From positions 96,001 through 160,000 of the forward strand of contig JAXGNU010000004.1 of assembly GCA_040767805.1 (NCBI GenBank): a stretch of DNA of 64,000 bases. Direction: 5' to 3'. This DNA is from Thermovirgaceae bacterium (GTDB lineage: Bacteria; Synergistota; Synergistia; Synergistales; Thermovirgaceae). Below the pieces are notes generated by a model. That model saw nothing but the letters and a program-made list of their open reading frames with translations. It made no database searches and had not been told where the DNA came from. How positions within the stretch are numbered: position 1 is the stretch's first letter; every line of letters starts with the position of its first letter. This document shows positions 46,964 through 56,096 of this stretch, piece after piece. A program made the position numbers and the translations under genes.

Positions 46964-47853
46964 AGGTTCTTCACTCTCCAACTGGCCTCGATTATCTCGA
47001 AGTCCTCCCTGCTCCCCTCTTTGCCGCGGCCGGTGATGGTGATGCTGACAACCCTTGTTTCTTCGTCGAAGTCCACCGAAAGTCCCTCGACGCCCTCGAC
47101 GGTGACGCCGCCGCCCCCGCCCGGCCTGGGGTCAAGGGCGTGGAAAAGTCCGTTCTCGCAATAGGCCCTGAAGAACCTGACCTTGTGCAGTTCGTCCAGC
47201 CGGGAGATGCCCGTGGGGCCCCCGCGGTTCTCGAGGGTCATGTCGTTGCCGGAGACGGACCTTACGATAAGGGGCGAGACGCCGGTGGGGAAGACGACCC
47301 AGTCGCCGGGTACGATGCCTTCAGGGGCGCCGTTCAACCGGACCTGGATCGTAGAGCCGGAGCCCGCCTGGATGTCCTCGGGGAGGAGGACGGAGAGCCC
47401 CGTGGGTTCCCCGAAGGCCAGGCGGAGTTCCCCCGACCCGGTGACGTAAAGGGCGGAGGGGTAGTCCTGGGGGGTGAATTCGGGGGTGTAGACCTGGTCG
47501 AAGGCCGCCTGGAAGTCCTCGGAGGTTACCGGCATCCCGAGCCCGGCGTGCTGAATTGGCTTCGCCAGGACGGAAAGGACCATTTCCGCCCTCTGCCGGG
47601 CCGAGACGCGGGAAGAAACAAACTGGAAGTTGGAGAAAAAGAGCGACAGCACGGTGATCACGGCGCCCATGATGACCGCCGTCACCAGGACGGTGATCAG
47701 AACCTCCGCCAGTGAAAAACCCCTCCGCCCTCTTCGGGCGAGGGAAGCGCGCCGGCATGAAAGAAATTTGGATGCCAAATCTCTCACTCTCGCTTCCCAG
47801 GAAGATAGATCCCTTTCGTCCGCGGCCGCCTTCCCCGGCGGGCCCGGGATCAT
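46960..47853 (-). CDS. PilW-like prepilin
   Basis: RRG|FSLAEVLI prepilin cleavage site; I.HAG.G; start uncertain. Confidence 0.82.
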   Translation of the reverse strand: MIPGPPGKAAADERDLSSWEARVRDLASKFLSCRRASLARRGRRGFSLAEVLITVLVTAVIMGAVITVLSLFFSNFQFVSSRVSARQRAEMVLSVLAKPIQHAGLGMPVTSEDFQAAFDQVYTPEFTPQDYPSALYVTGSGELRLAFGEPTGLSVLLPEDIQAGSGSTIQVRLNGAPEGIVPGDWVVFPTGVSPLIVRSVSGNDMTLENRGGPTGISRLDELHKVRFFRAYCENGLFHALDPRPGGGGGVTVEGVEGLSVDFDEETRVVSITITGRGKEGSREDFEIIEASWRVKNL

Positions 47854-47866
47854 CCTGCCGTTACTG

Positions 47867-48364
47867 CTACTCTTCCCCCTTCATTCTTTCGCCCCTGGTC
47901 TGTTTGCCGGTGGCGCTGATGGTCCTTATGAATTCCAGTTCCCTTTCCCCCCTGACCCCGCTCCAGGAGACCTTGAGCCTCACTGTTTTCCCAACGGTCC
48001 TGCCTTTGGCGGTCTCTTCCCCGTCGATGAATAGTTGGGGGGTATATTTCTGGTTACTCATGAAATCTTCAAGCGACATGCCTTCAGTAATATCTTTAAG
48101 AAGGAGGGATTCGATCCCCTTCAACACTGAGGCCGCCTCGAGCGAGGCTTCCTCCTTTTCCTTCAAGTCGGCCTGGAGGGCCACGACGCGGGTGACCAGG
48201 GCCACCATCGAAAAGAGGGCGATGGAAAGGATCAGGATCGAGATCAGGACCTCCACCAGGGTGAAGCCGGCATGCTTTCTCTTCGCCCCCGAAGCGGGGC
48301 GTTCCCTTGGGTCTACTAACGGGCACGTTAAAACCGGGGTATCTTTCTCCCTGCTCCTCTCCAT
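47867..48364 (-). CDS. PilV-like prepilin
   Basis: AG|FTLVEVLISILIL; C-terminal V.VSW. Confidence 0.82.
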   Translation of the reverse strand: MERSREKDTPVLTCPLVDPRERPASGAKRKHAGFTLVEVLISILILSIALFSMVALVTRVVALQADLKEKEEASLEAASVLKGIESLLLKDITEGMSLEDFMSNQKYTPQLFIDGEETAKGRTVGKTVRLKVSWSGVRGERELEFIRTISATGKQTRGERMKGEE

Positions 48365-48672
48365 GGCTCTTTTCCTCTTTATAGTTTTCCGCGCGCCTCG
48401 CCAGTGACTTTGGTTGATTATATCACTTTACCCATGGGAAGGGATAGGCGGCGGAAGCACACCGGTCGTTCCGACTTGGAACCAGCCCGATACCATGAAA
48501 CTACCCAGGCTCCCCTCTTCCCCTCTCGCCTGCGGCGGCGCCCTTTCGTCGGCTTCCTCAGTGAGGTTTTGACCTCCCCCGGCAAGGGGGGCTCGATCAG
48601 TACCCGGAAAGACCCCAGTGCCTTCCCCCGGTAATTCACGCCACTCCGAACCTTGAAAACAAATACCCCCCC

Positions 48673-48716
48673 TTGCAAAGCAGAAAAACAGGGCTATAAT
48701 GTGAATGATCATTCAC
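48673..48716 (+). promoter_or_regulatory. Promoter with TetR operator palindrome
   Basis: TTGCAA-16 bp-TATAAT followed directly by the perfect palindrome GTGAATGATCATTCAC. Confidence 0.75.
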
Positions 48717-48734
48717 TTCGGAGGTTGATGGTAG

Positions 48735-49328
48735 ATGGCGGTCAGGTTGGACACGGAAATACGAAGGGAGCAGATCATCAGCGCGGCCCTCGGCCTCATC
48801 GGGGAGAAGGGGCTCAGAAACTTGAGGATGCCCGACATCGCCCAAAAAGTGGGCCTCGTCCCTTCCGCGCTCTACCGGCATTTCTCCGGTAAGCAGGAAC
48901 TGGTCCTCGCTATCGTCGACAGCATCCGGGCGTCCCTCGAGAAGCACCTCGCCCGGTCGGGCGAGGAAACCCCCGATCCCCTGGAGCGGCTGGGTTTCAT
49001 CATGGATGAACACCTCAAGATGATCGGTGGATCCCCGGGGATGCCTCTCCTGGTCCTTTCAGAGGATGCCGCCTTCGGCGACCCCAAGATGCGGCGCCGG
49101 ATCCTGGAGATCCACGAATTTTTCAGGAAAGCCTTGGCCGACATCATGAAGGAAGCGATAAAGACGGAGAGGGTCGGCCCCGATACCGACCCGGGGGAGG
49201 CCGCCCTTGTATTCGTGAGCCTCATCCAGCATACAGCGGTCATGACGGCCATCAGCGGCGGTGATGTCGACCTCGGTCCCCTGGCCAGAAGGGCTTGGGG
49301 GAAATATGTAAGGAACCTTGTGGGCTGA
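48735..49328 (+). CDS. TetR/AcrR family transcriptional regulator
   Basis: RREQII.AA...G....IA..VG...ALYRHF.GK HTH. Confidence 0.95.
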   Translation: MAVRLDTEIRREQIISAALGLIGEKGLRNLRMPDIAQKVGLVPSALYRHFSGKQELVLAIVDSIRASLEKHLARSGEETPDPLERLGFIMDEHLKMIGGSPGMPLLVLSEDAAFGDPKMRRRILEIHEFFRKALADIMKEAIKTERVGPDTDPGEAALVFVSLIQHTAVMTAISGGDVDLGPLARRAWGKYVRNLVG

Positions 49329-49344
49329 AATAATTTTTCACTAT

Positions 49345-49362
49345 AGTGAATGAAAATTCACT
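49345..49362 (+). promoter_or_regulatory. Second TetR operator copy
   Basis: AGTGAAT-GAAA-ATTCACT; the core matches the upstream palindrome at 14/16. Confidence 0.75.
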
Positions 49363-49378
49363 TTTGCGAGGTGAAATA

Positions 49379-50710
49379 ATGAAACCGAGGACTGGATCTT
49401 ATTACCTCGTTGGAGCGGCGATGACCGCCGTTTTTTTGCTCGGGCCCGTCGCGGCCCTGGCCTCGGAGACACAACCCTTGACGCTCGATAAATGCCTTGA
49501 CGCGGCTCTTTCCGGAAACCGCGGCATCGAAGCTCTCAAGCATCGAGTGGATGTTTCCGCCGCGAAGGTCGACGAGACCCTGGCGAAAATGGGGCCGAAG
49601 CTTTTCGCCGTGGGGAAATACCTGGCCGCCGGGGAGCAGCAAAGGCTTTGGCCGGCGCGATATGACGGCGAGAAGGGCGTCTACGACGACGCCTTCACTG
49701 AGGCATCGGTCGTCCTGGAGATACCCCTCTGGGACGGAGGAAAGACAAGGCACAGGACCATGGCGGACCGGAAACTGCTGGAGGCCGCCAGGAGTTCTCT
49801 TGAAAGGCAGGAACAGAAACTGCGTTACGACGTGGAACGCCTCTTTTTCATGGCCCTTTCCGTCAAGGAAAATATCGGGGCGCTGGAAGCATCGCTGGGG
49901 TCACTGCTCCAGCATGGGGAGGACGTGCAGGCCATGGTCGACTCCGGCAAAGCGGCGCGGGTCGATACCCTCAGGATGGACGCGGAAGTGGCTTTGACGC
50001 GTGAACGGTTGCTGGGGGCAAGGCATGAACTGGAAAGCCTCAAGGAGGACCTCCTCTTTATAACCGGGATCGACGGCAAGGGCGAGGATTTTGACCTGGA
50101 AGGCCCTTTCCCGGAAACACCGGACATCGATGACCTCAGCGTCGAGGATAGAGCCTCGAAAGCCCTTGAAAAAAGGCCGGATTACAAAGCCGCCCTCGAC
50201 AAAGCGGCGGCCGGCAAGGAGGGCGTGCTCGCGACCCTGGCGTCGAAAAACCCTGAGTTCTTCCTCAGGGGGCTGCATGGATACCGGGGTGCTTCCAACG
50301 GGGCCGGCGAATCCAGGACAGACGTGGAACTGGCCGTGGAGATACCCCTTCTCGACGGGGGACTATCTTCGGCAAGGAGGCGCCAGGCGGCCTCCGAAGC
50401 GGCGGCCGCGGAAGCGGAGGCCCGCGAGATGGCTTCCCGGGTTTACTTCGAGGTCTCCGAGGCTGTACGGGCCTACGAATTCGCACGGGAGAGGATTATT
50501 GTAACGGAGGCGGCGGTCAGGGCGGCTGAAGAGGCCCTCCGGATAGAAAAGTTGAGGTTCCGGTCGGGCAAGGGGACTACCACCGACGTGCTTTCGTCCC
50601 AGGCGGCATGGCTGTCGGCCCGCGCCGGGCGGGATGCCGCGCTGGCGGATGGTGCCATCGCCGCGGCAAGGCTGACCTTCGCGATGGGAGGCGGATCCGG
50701 TGAATACTAG
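49379..50710 (+). CDS. TolC-family outer membrane efflux protein
   Basis: Signal peptide; LTLD..L..AL..N; two IPL.DGG repeats; RF.SG..T.TDVL. Confidence 0.92.
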   Translation: MKPRTGSYYLVGAAMTAVFLLGPVAALASETQPLTLDKCLDAALSGNRGIEALKHRVDVSAAKVDETLAKMGPKLFAVGKYLAAGEQQRLWPARYDGEKGVYDDAFTEASVVLEIPLWDGGKTRHRTMADRKLLEAARSSLERQEQKLRYDVERLFFMALSVKENIGALEASLGSLLQHGEDVQAMVDSGKAARVDTLRMDAEVALTRERLLGARHELESLKEDLLFITGIDGKGEDFDLEGPFPETPDIDDLSVEDRASKALEKRPDYKAALDKAAAGKEGVLATLASKNPEFFLRGLHGYRGASNGAGESRTDVELAVEIPLLDGGLSSARRRQAASEAAAAEAEAREMASRVYFEVSEAVRAYEFARERIIVTEAAVRAAEEALRIEKLRFRSGKGTTTDVLSSQAAWLSARAGRDAALADGAIAAARLTFAMGGGSGEY

Positions 50711-51899
50711 GATCAGAAACCTGGTCAAAAAACCATGGCTCCTTGTCCTTGTCGTGCTTGTAGCCGGCGCGATGATCCTGCTCAGGTTACGGACAAGCCA
50801 GATCGAGAGCGCCGCGGAATTCCACCCGAGCCCTCTGAAGGTGGCGACTGAGGTCGCCGCCAGGGGCAGCCTGGCGGAAAAGAAGCGGTACCTAGCGACG
50901 ATGGAGCCCCTCGCGACGGCGGAGGTCGCCTCACAGGTGACGGCCCGTATCGACGAGGTCTTCGTCGACATCGGCGATGAGGTCTCATCCGGGGAACTCC
51001 TTGCCGTCCTGGACGGTTCCGAAGCGGGGTACCAGTTCCAAGCCACCAAGTCCCGCATTTCCGAGGCCGAGGCCGAGATGGAGGGATTGAGGATGCGGAA
51101 GGTCTCCATCGAAAAGAACGCGGCCTACTGGCGTGAAGAGGCCGGGCGGGCGGCCTTCCTGTTTTCTGAAGGCGCCATAGCGAGATCGGAGTTGGAGATG
51201 GCTTCCCTGAAAGAAGCGGAGGCCCAGGCGGCATTAAAGGAGATCCAAAGCAGGATACGGGCGTTGAAGGAAAGGCAGGGTTCCCTGGCTTCCGAGGCGG
51301 CCGCCTTCCGGGAGAGGTTGGCGCTCTTCTCCATCAGGAGTCCCTTCGACGGCACCGTGACCGCCCGCCGGGCGGAGCCGGGGAACCTCGCCAGGCCGGG
51401 GGAGGCCCTTTTCACCGTGGAGGACAGGAGCGGGTGGAGGGTGATCTTCAGGGTTCCCCAGGAAGACCTGGGACTTATCAGGATCGGTCAGCCCATATCG
51501 AGTTCCTTCGGCCGGTCTTCCATCAAGGGCCGGGTAGACCGCGTCTCGCCTTCCCTCGACGCGGCCAGGATGGGGCGCGTTGAGGCGACGCTCGGGAAGG
51601 ACCCGGGCGATGCCGCACCGAAGGCGTACGGGCGGGGGGTCTCCCTGACCATCGATGTCACCCTCGGCACCCACGAGGATGTGATCACCATCCCGGCGGA
51701 AGGGGTCATACGGGCCGGGGAGAGATCTTTTGTCTACACGGTCTCCGGAGGCAGGCTGAACAAGCAGGAGGTGGTCGTGGTGGCCTCCGACGGGGAAAGG
51801 TCCGCCGTTAGGGGCCTCTCCGAGGGCGACCACGTGGTCCGGAACAGCCCCTTCGGGTGGGCGGCGTTATCCGAGGGCCGCGAGGTGAGCGAAGAATGA
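50700..51899 (+). CDS. RND efflux periplasmic adaptor (MFP)
   Basis: V..GD.V..G..LA.LD, IRSPFDG.V and GL.EGD.VV. Confidence 0.92.
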   Translation: MNTRIRNLVKKPWLLVLVVLVAGAMILLRLRTSQIESAAEFHPSPLKVATEVAARGSLAEKKRYLATMEPLATAEVASQVTARIDEVFVDIGDEVSSGELLAVLDGSEAGYQFQATKSRISEAEAEMEGLRMRKVSIEKNAAYWREEAGRAAFLFSEGAIARSELEMASLKEAEAQAALKEIQSRIRALKERQGSLASEAAAFRERLALFSIRSPFDGTVTARRAEPGNLARPGEALFTVEDRSGWRVIFRVPQEDLGLIRIGQPISSSFGRSSIKGRVDRVSPSLDAARMGRVEATLGKDPGDAAPKAYGRGVSLTIDVTLGTHEDVITIPAEGVIRAGERSFVYTVSGGRLNKQEVVVVASDGERSAVRGLSEGDHVVRNSPFGWAALSEGREVSEE

Positions 51900-54800
51900 A
51901 CCTTGCCAAGTGGTCCCTCGAGCACCCCTACCTTGTCCTTGCCCTGGCCTGCGCGGTGGGTGTCCTGGGCCTGGCCGGTGTGATGTCCTCACCCAGGGAC
52001 CTTTTCCCCGACACCACGCCTCCGCAGGTGCTGGTCGTTACCGTCAGGGAAGGGGCGTCGGCCCCGGAGATGGCCAGGACCGTAACGGAGCCCCTCGAGC
52101 GGGAGATCAGCGGCCTCAACGGTTTGGCCAACCAGACCAGCACGACCGCCGACGGCGTTTCTTCGCTCCGGGCGGAGTTCACCTACGGGAAAAAGGTGTC
52201 CGAAGCCGTGACGGAGGTCCGGAACGCCCTCGCTGCCGTAACGCCCAGGTTCCCGGCCGGAACGGCGGAACCCCTTGTCTACAGCATCACCAGCCGCACC
52301 GCGCCGGCGATGACCCTGGCCCTGTCCCCCCTTGACGAAGGGGGGCCGACCCTCTCCGAGATCCGCTTGCTTGCGGAACACGTCATCAGGGACGAACTGC
52401 TACGGATCCCCGGGGTGGGCGAAGTCGAGGTCTTCGGAGGCCATCACCCTTCCGTCGAGGTATCGGTCGACAGGGACCTCCTCGCCGCTTCGGGCCTTTC
52501 TCTCGAAGGCCTGATCGGGGCGATCGCCAAGCAGAACATTTCCGCTCCCGCCGGACGCTTGACCGTGGAGGGCGCGGAGATCCATTTCACCCTGGACTCG
52601 CTTTTTCCCGGGGTTGATCAAGTAGGGGATACCGTGATCGCCTCACCGGAAGGCGGTGCGGTGAACCTCAGGGATGTAGCGCGTGTCGGGATAGGCGAGA
52701 TGCCCCAAAGGAGCCTCTATCACGGGAACGGGCGGCCGGCCATTGCGGTGAATGTGCTGAGGGCCGAAGGAAGCGACACCATTCGGGTCGTGAAGGCGGT
52801 TATGGACCTCATCCCGGAGTTGGAGTCCCGCTTCAGAAGCATGCGGATCGAGGTGACCGACAGCCAGAAGCCCCTCATCGAACTCAATATCTCCGGCATG
52901 TACGGATCGCTCGTGCAGGCGATAATCCTGATAGTGGTGGTGAACTTCCTGTTCCTGGGCAACCTCGCGGCGGCCCTGGTATCCTCAGTCAGCATCGCCC
53001 TTTCATTCCTGTTCGGCCTCGCCGTTATCTGGGCCAGCCCCTACACCATCGACATGGTGACCCTCACGGGAATGATCGTCGCCGTCGGGATGGTGGTCGA
53101 CGCTTCGGTGGTGGTCCTGGAGAATATTTTCAGGGTCCATGAGGCGACGGGCATGAAGGACCCACGCGGCGCGGCCGTGGCCGGGGCGAAGGAAGTGGCC
53201 CTTTCCGTGACGGCCGGCATGCTGACCACCGTTATCGTCCTTCTCCCCGTCATGGGTTCCAGCGGCTACACGAGCCGGGTGCTCAGGCCCCTAAACATGG
53301 TGCTCTTCGCCACGCTGGCCGCCTCCCTCGTGGCGGCGCTCACGATAATCCCCCTCCTGGCCGGGTTCGTGCTGGAGGGCAAAGGACACCGCCCGTCAGG
53401 CGTACTCCGGAAGATAACCTCCTGGTTCGACGGGGTACTGAAAAAGGTCGTCACTTTTTACATCGAACTGCTCAAAGTCAGCCTGAGGCACCGGGGCCTG
53501 ACGGTCGCGGCCTTCGCCCTTTTCTTCCTGCTGACCCTTCGCCTGGTGATGCCCCTTTTGGGAGGGGAGATGATGCCCCCCATGGACACGGGCATTGCCT
53601 TCATCGAATTTGAAAACCCCGCTGGAAGATCTCCGGAAGCCGTCGAAAAGACCCTGACCGCCATGGAAAAGAAGATCCTCGAGGAGAAGCACGTATTGTC
53701 CCTTTCATCGCAGGTGGGCTCGGAGCCCGGGTCGCCCAGCTTCGGGGGCGGTTCAACCCCCCAGGCCGGGCGAATCAAGGTCCTCATGGTGGACCGTTCG
53801 AAGCGGAAGGAAAATATTTGGGAGATCCTTGACCGCTGGAGGGATGATTTCAAAAATATCGAGGGGTTGCGATGGTCAAGGCTCACCGAGTACGGCGCCA
53901 CGCCGAGGGCCACAACCAAGGCCCCGCTCGATGTAATCATCAGCGGCCCCGATGCGCCCCTGCTGGATAGCCTCGCCAGGGAAGCGGTGTCCGCCATGGA
54001 GGGCGTAAAGGGGTTGGGGGACGTACACCAGAGCTGGTTCATAGAGAAGGAGACTCGGAATATCGAGGTCGACCCCTACCTTGCCTCGCGGTACCGCACC
54101 TCGCCGATGGACATCGCCCGTGAAGTGGGCACGGCCCTGAACGGCCGCACCGTCACCTACCTGAAAGTCCCCTCTTTCTCCGATATCCCGGTGAGGGTTT
54201 TTTACGAGGACCGGTACCTGGAGAAAGAGGAGGATATCCTGGATGTGACCATCGTGACCAGGGACGGCCTTCTGCCCCTTTCGGCCCTCGCGAGGGTGCG
54301 CACCGTTCCTGAAGCGCCCCTCATCACCAGGGAAAGGCTGAGGAACACCATAGACATCACCGGGGTCAACCGGGGCCGCACCATCAAGCATGTGACGAGC
54401 GAGGTGAAACTTCGGCTCCGGGGTATTCAGCCCCCGGACGGTTACTCCATCGAGGTCGCGGGGAGCTCAGCTGACCTTGGAGAGAGCATGGCCATGCTCG
54501 GCAAGGCCCTCCTTTTGGGGGTGGTGCTCCTCTACTTCCTTCTGGTCTCCCTCTTCAGGTCCTTCCTTTACCCTTTGACGATCCTTTCGATAGTCCCACC
54601 GGCTGTCGCGGGGGGGTTGTGGGGGCTTCTTCTCTTCAACAAATCGATGTCGATGAACGCCGCCATGGGGTTCATCCTCCTCGCCGGGACCGTCGTGAAC
54701 AACAGCATCCTCCTGGTGGATTTCATCATTGAATCCAGGAAGCGGGGGGCTTCGCGAACCCTCGCCGTCGTCAGGTCGGTCAAGACCCGCACAAGGCCTA

Positions 54801-55027
54801 TCCTGATGACCGTCACCTCGACCATCATCGGTTTGACGCCGCTGGTCATGGAGTGGGCCGTCGGCCTGGAGAGGATGAGCCCCCTGGGGATCGTCGCCGC
54901 AAGCGGGCTGATATTCGGGACTTTTGTCACGATGATCTTCGTCCCGGTCATCTATTCCGTCATAGACGATATCGCTTCAAGGGCGGCGGCCCTGGTCGGT
55001 AGAACAGGGGAAGATCCCGCCCCGTGA
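51896..55027 (+). CDS. RND efflux permease (AcrB/CzcA superfamily)
   Basis: DLFP, VT.PLE, GMVVDASVVVLENI, G.VVNNSILLVDF and RPILMT. Confidence 0.95.
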   Translation: MNLAKWSLEHPYLVLALACAVGVLGLAGVMSSPRDLFPDTTPPQVLVVTVREGASAPEMARTVTEPLEREISGLNGLANQTSTTADGVSSLRAEFTYGKKVSEAVTEVRNALAAVTPRFPAGTAEPLVYSITSRTAPAMTLALSPLDEGGPTLSEIRLLAEHVIRDELLRIPGVGEVEVFGGHHPSVEVSVDRDLLAASGLSLEGLIGAIAKQNISAPAGRLTVEGAEIHFTLDSLFPGVDQVGDTVIASPEGGAVNLRDVARVGIGEMPQRSLYHGNGRPAIAVNVLRAEGSDTIRVVKAVMDLIPELESRFRSMRIEVTDSQKPLIELNISGMYGSLVQAIILIVVVNFLFLGNLAAALVSSVSIALSFLFGLAVIWASPYTIDMVTLTGMIVAVGMVVDASVVVLENIFRVHEATGMKDPRGAAVAGAKEVALSVTAGMLTTVIVLLPVMGSSGYTSRVLRPLNMVLFATLAASLVAALTIIPLLAGFVLEGKGHRPSGVLRKITSWFDGVLKKVVTFYIELLKVSLRHRGLTVAAFALFFLLTLRLVMPLLGGEMMPPMDTGIAFIEFENPAGRSPEAVEKTLTAMEKKILEEKHVLSLSSQVGSEPGSPSFGGGSTPQAGRIKVLMVDRSKRKENIWEILDRWRDDFKNIEGLRWSRLTEYGATPRATTKAPLDVIISGPDAPLLDSLAREAVSAMEGVKGLGDVHQSWFIEKETRNIEVDPYLASRYRTSPMDIAREVGTALNGRTVTYLKVPSFSDIPVRVFYEDRYLEKEEDILDVTIVTRDGLLPLSALARVRTVPEAPLITRERLRNTIDITGVNRGRTIKHVTSEVKLRLRGIQPPDGYSIEVAGSSADLGESMAMLGKALLLGVVLLYFLLVSLFRSFLYPLTILSIVPPAVAGGLWGLLLFNKSMSMNAAMGFILLAGTVVNNSILLVDFIIESRKRGASRTLAVVRSVKTRTRPILMTVTSTIIGLTPLVMEWAVGLERMSPLGIVAASGLIFGTFVTMIFVPVIYSVIDDIASRAAALVGRTGEDPAP

Positions 55028-55203
55028 AGAGCGTGCCGACCATATCCGCCACGCCGGCGTCGAGGACGCCCGGGTGAGTACCCGCGACCCAAGGCCCCGG
55101 GGCCGCTTTCTGATATATTATACGGAACCGAACCCCCTCTTTCCACAAAAGGCACAACCGGGGGGGAAGCGAAGATAGGTTAGAGCGAGGGAGGGGTCAC
55201 CCG

Positions 55204-56082
55204 ATGGGGAAAGAGGGGATCACACCGGAAATACTGGAAAGGATCAAGGTCTTCCAGAGGACGGAGATCACCGAGTACCACGTTTACAAGAGGCTGGCCC
55301 GGTGGATGAAGGGCAAGAACCGGGAGGTCCTTGAAAAGATCGCCCAGGACGAGAAGCGGCACGCCGGGATATGGCGGCGCTACACCGGTGAGAGCCTTGC
55401 GCCCGACCGGCTGATGCTGTACTGGTACCTGCTGCTGGCCTTCGTGTTCGGCGTCACCTTCGCCATAAAGATCATGGAGCGGAACGAGGGCTCCGCCGGG
55501 GAGGCCTACGGCGCCGTGGCGGACGTCCTCCCCGTGGCTACGGAAATAATGCACGACGAGGAGGAACACGAGAAGGCCCTCATCGACCTCCTCGACGAGG
55601 AGCGGCTCAAGTACATCGGGTCCATGGTGCTCGGGCTCAACGACGCCCTGGTGGAGCTGACCGGCGCCCTGGCGGGTTTCACCTTCGCCCTCACCGACGG
55701 CAGGGTGGTGGGCGTCGCCGGCCTCATCACCGGCGTGGCCGCCACCCTCTCCATGGGCGCCTCGGAATTCCTCTCCCAGAGGACCGACAGCGGCGACCTC
55801 AACCCGCTGAAGGCCGCGGTCTACACCGGGATCGCCTACCTGGTCACCGTCGCCCTGCTGGTGGCGCCCTTCTTCATAGTCGGGAACGTTTACGCCGCCC
55901 TCACCTGGTCCCTTTTCAACGCGCTGGTGGTCATACTACTCTTCTCCTTTTTCGTATCGGTGGTGAAGGAGACCCCCTTCAGGCCCGCTTTCCTGGAGAT
56001 GGCCGCCATAAGCCTCGGCGTCGCGGCGATCTCCTTCCTGATCGGCCTGGTCGCGAGGCGCTTCATCCCGGTGGACATCTAG
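55204..56082 (+). CDS. Rubrerythrin/ferritin-like + VIT1/CCC1 fusion (MbfA-like iron exporter)
   Basis: E...Y..LA, DEKRH and DEEEHE diiron motifs; VLGLNDALVE and SMGASEFLS VIT motifs. Confidence 0.9.
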   Translation: MGKEGITPEILERIKVFQRTEITEYHVYKRLARWMKGKNREVLEKIAQDEKRHAGIWRRYTGESLAPDRLMLYWYLLLAFVFGVTFAIKIMERNEGSAGEAYGAVADVLPVATEIMHDEEEHEKALIDLLDEERLKYIGSMVLGLNDALVELTGALAGFTFALTDGRVVGVAGLITGVAATLSMGASEFLSQRTDSGDLNPLKAAVYTGIAYLVTVALLVAPFFIVGNVYAALTWSLFNALVVILLFSFFVSVVKETPFRPAFLEMAAISLGVAAISFLIGLVARRFIPVDI

Positions 56083-56096
56083 AAGGGGCCCCTGGA

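Noticed and set aside
48528..48548. 6S RNA or c-di-GMP riboswitch
   Set aside because: Only a short GCCTGCGGCGGC resemblance; no complementary 5' arm and no GEMM consensus.
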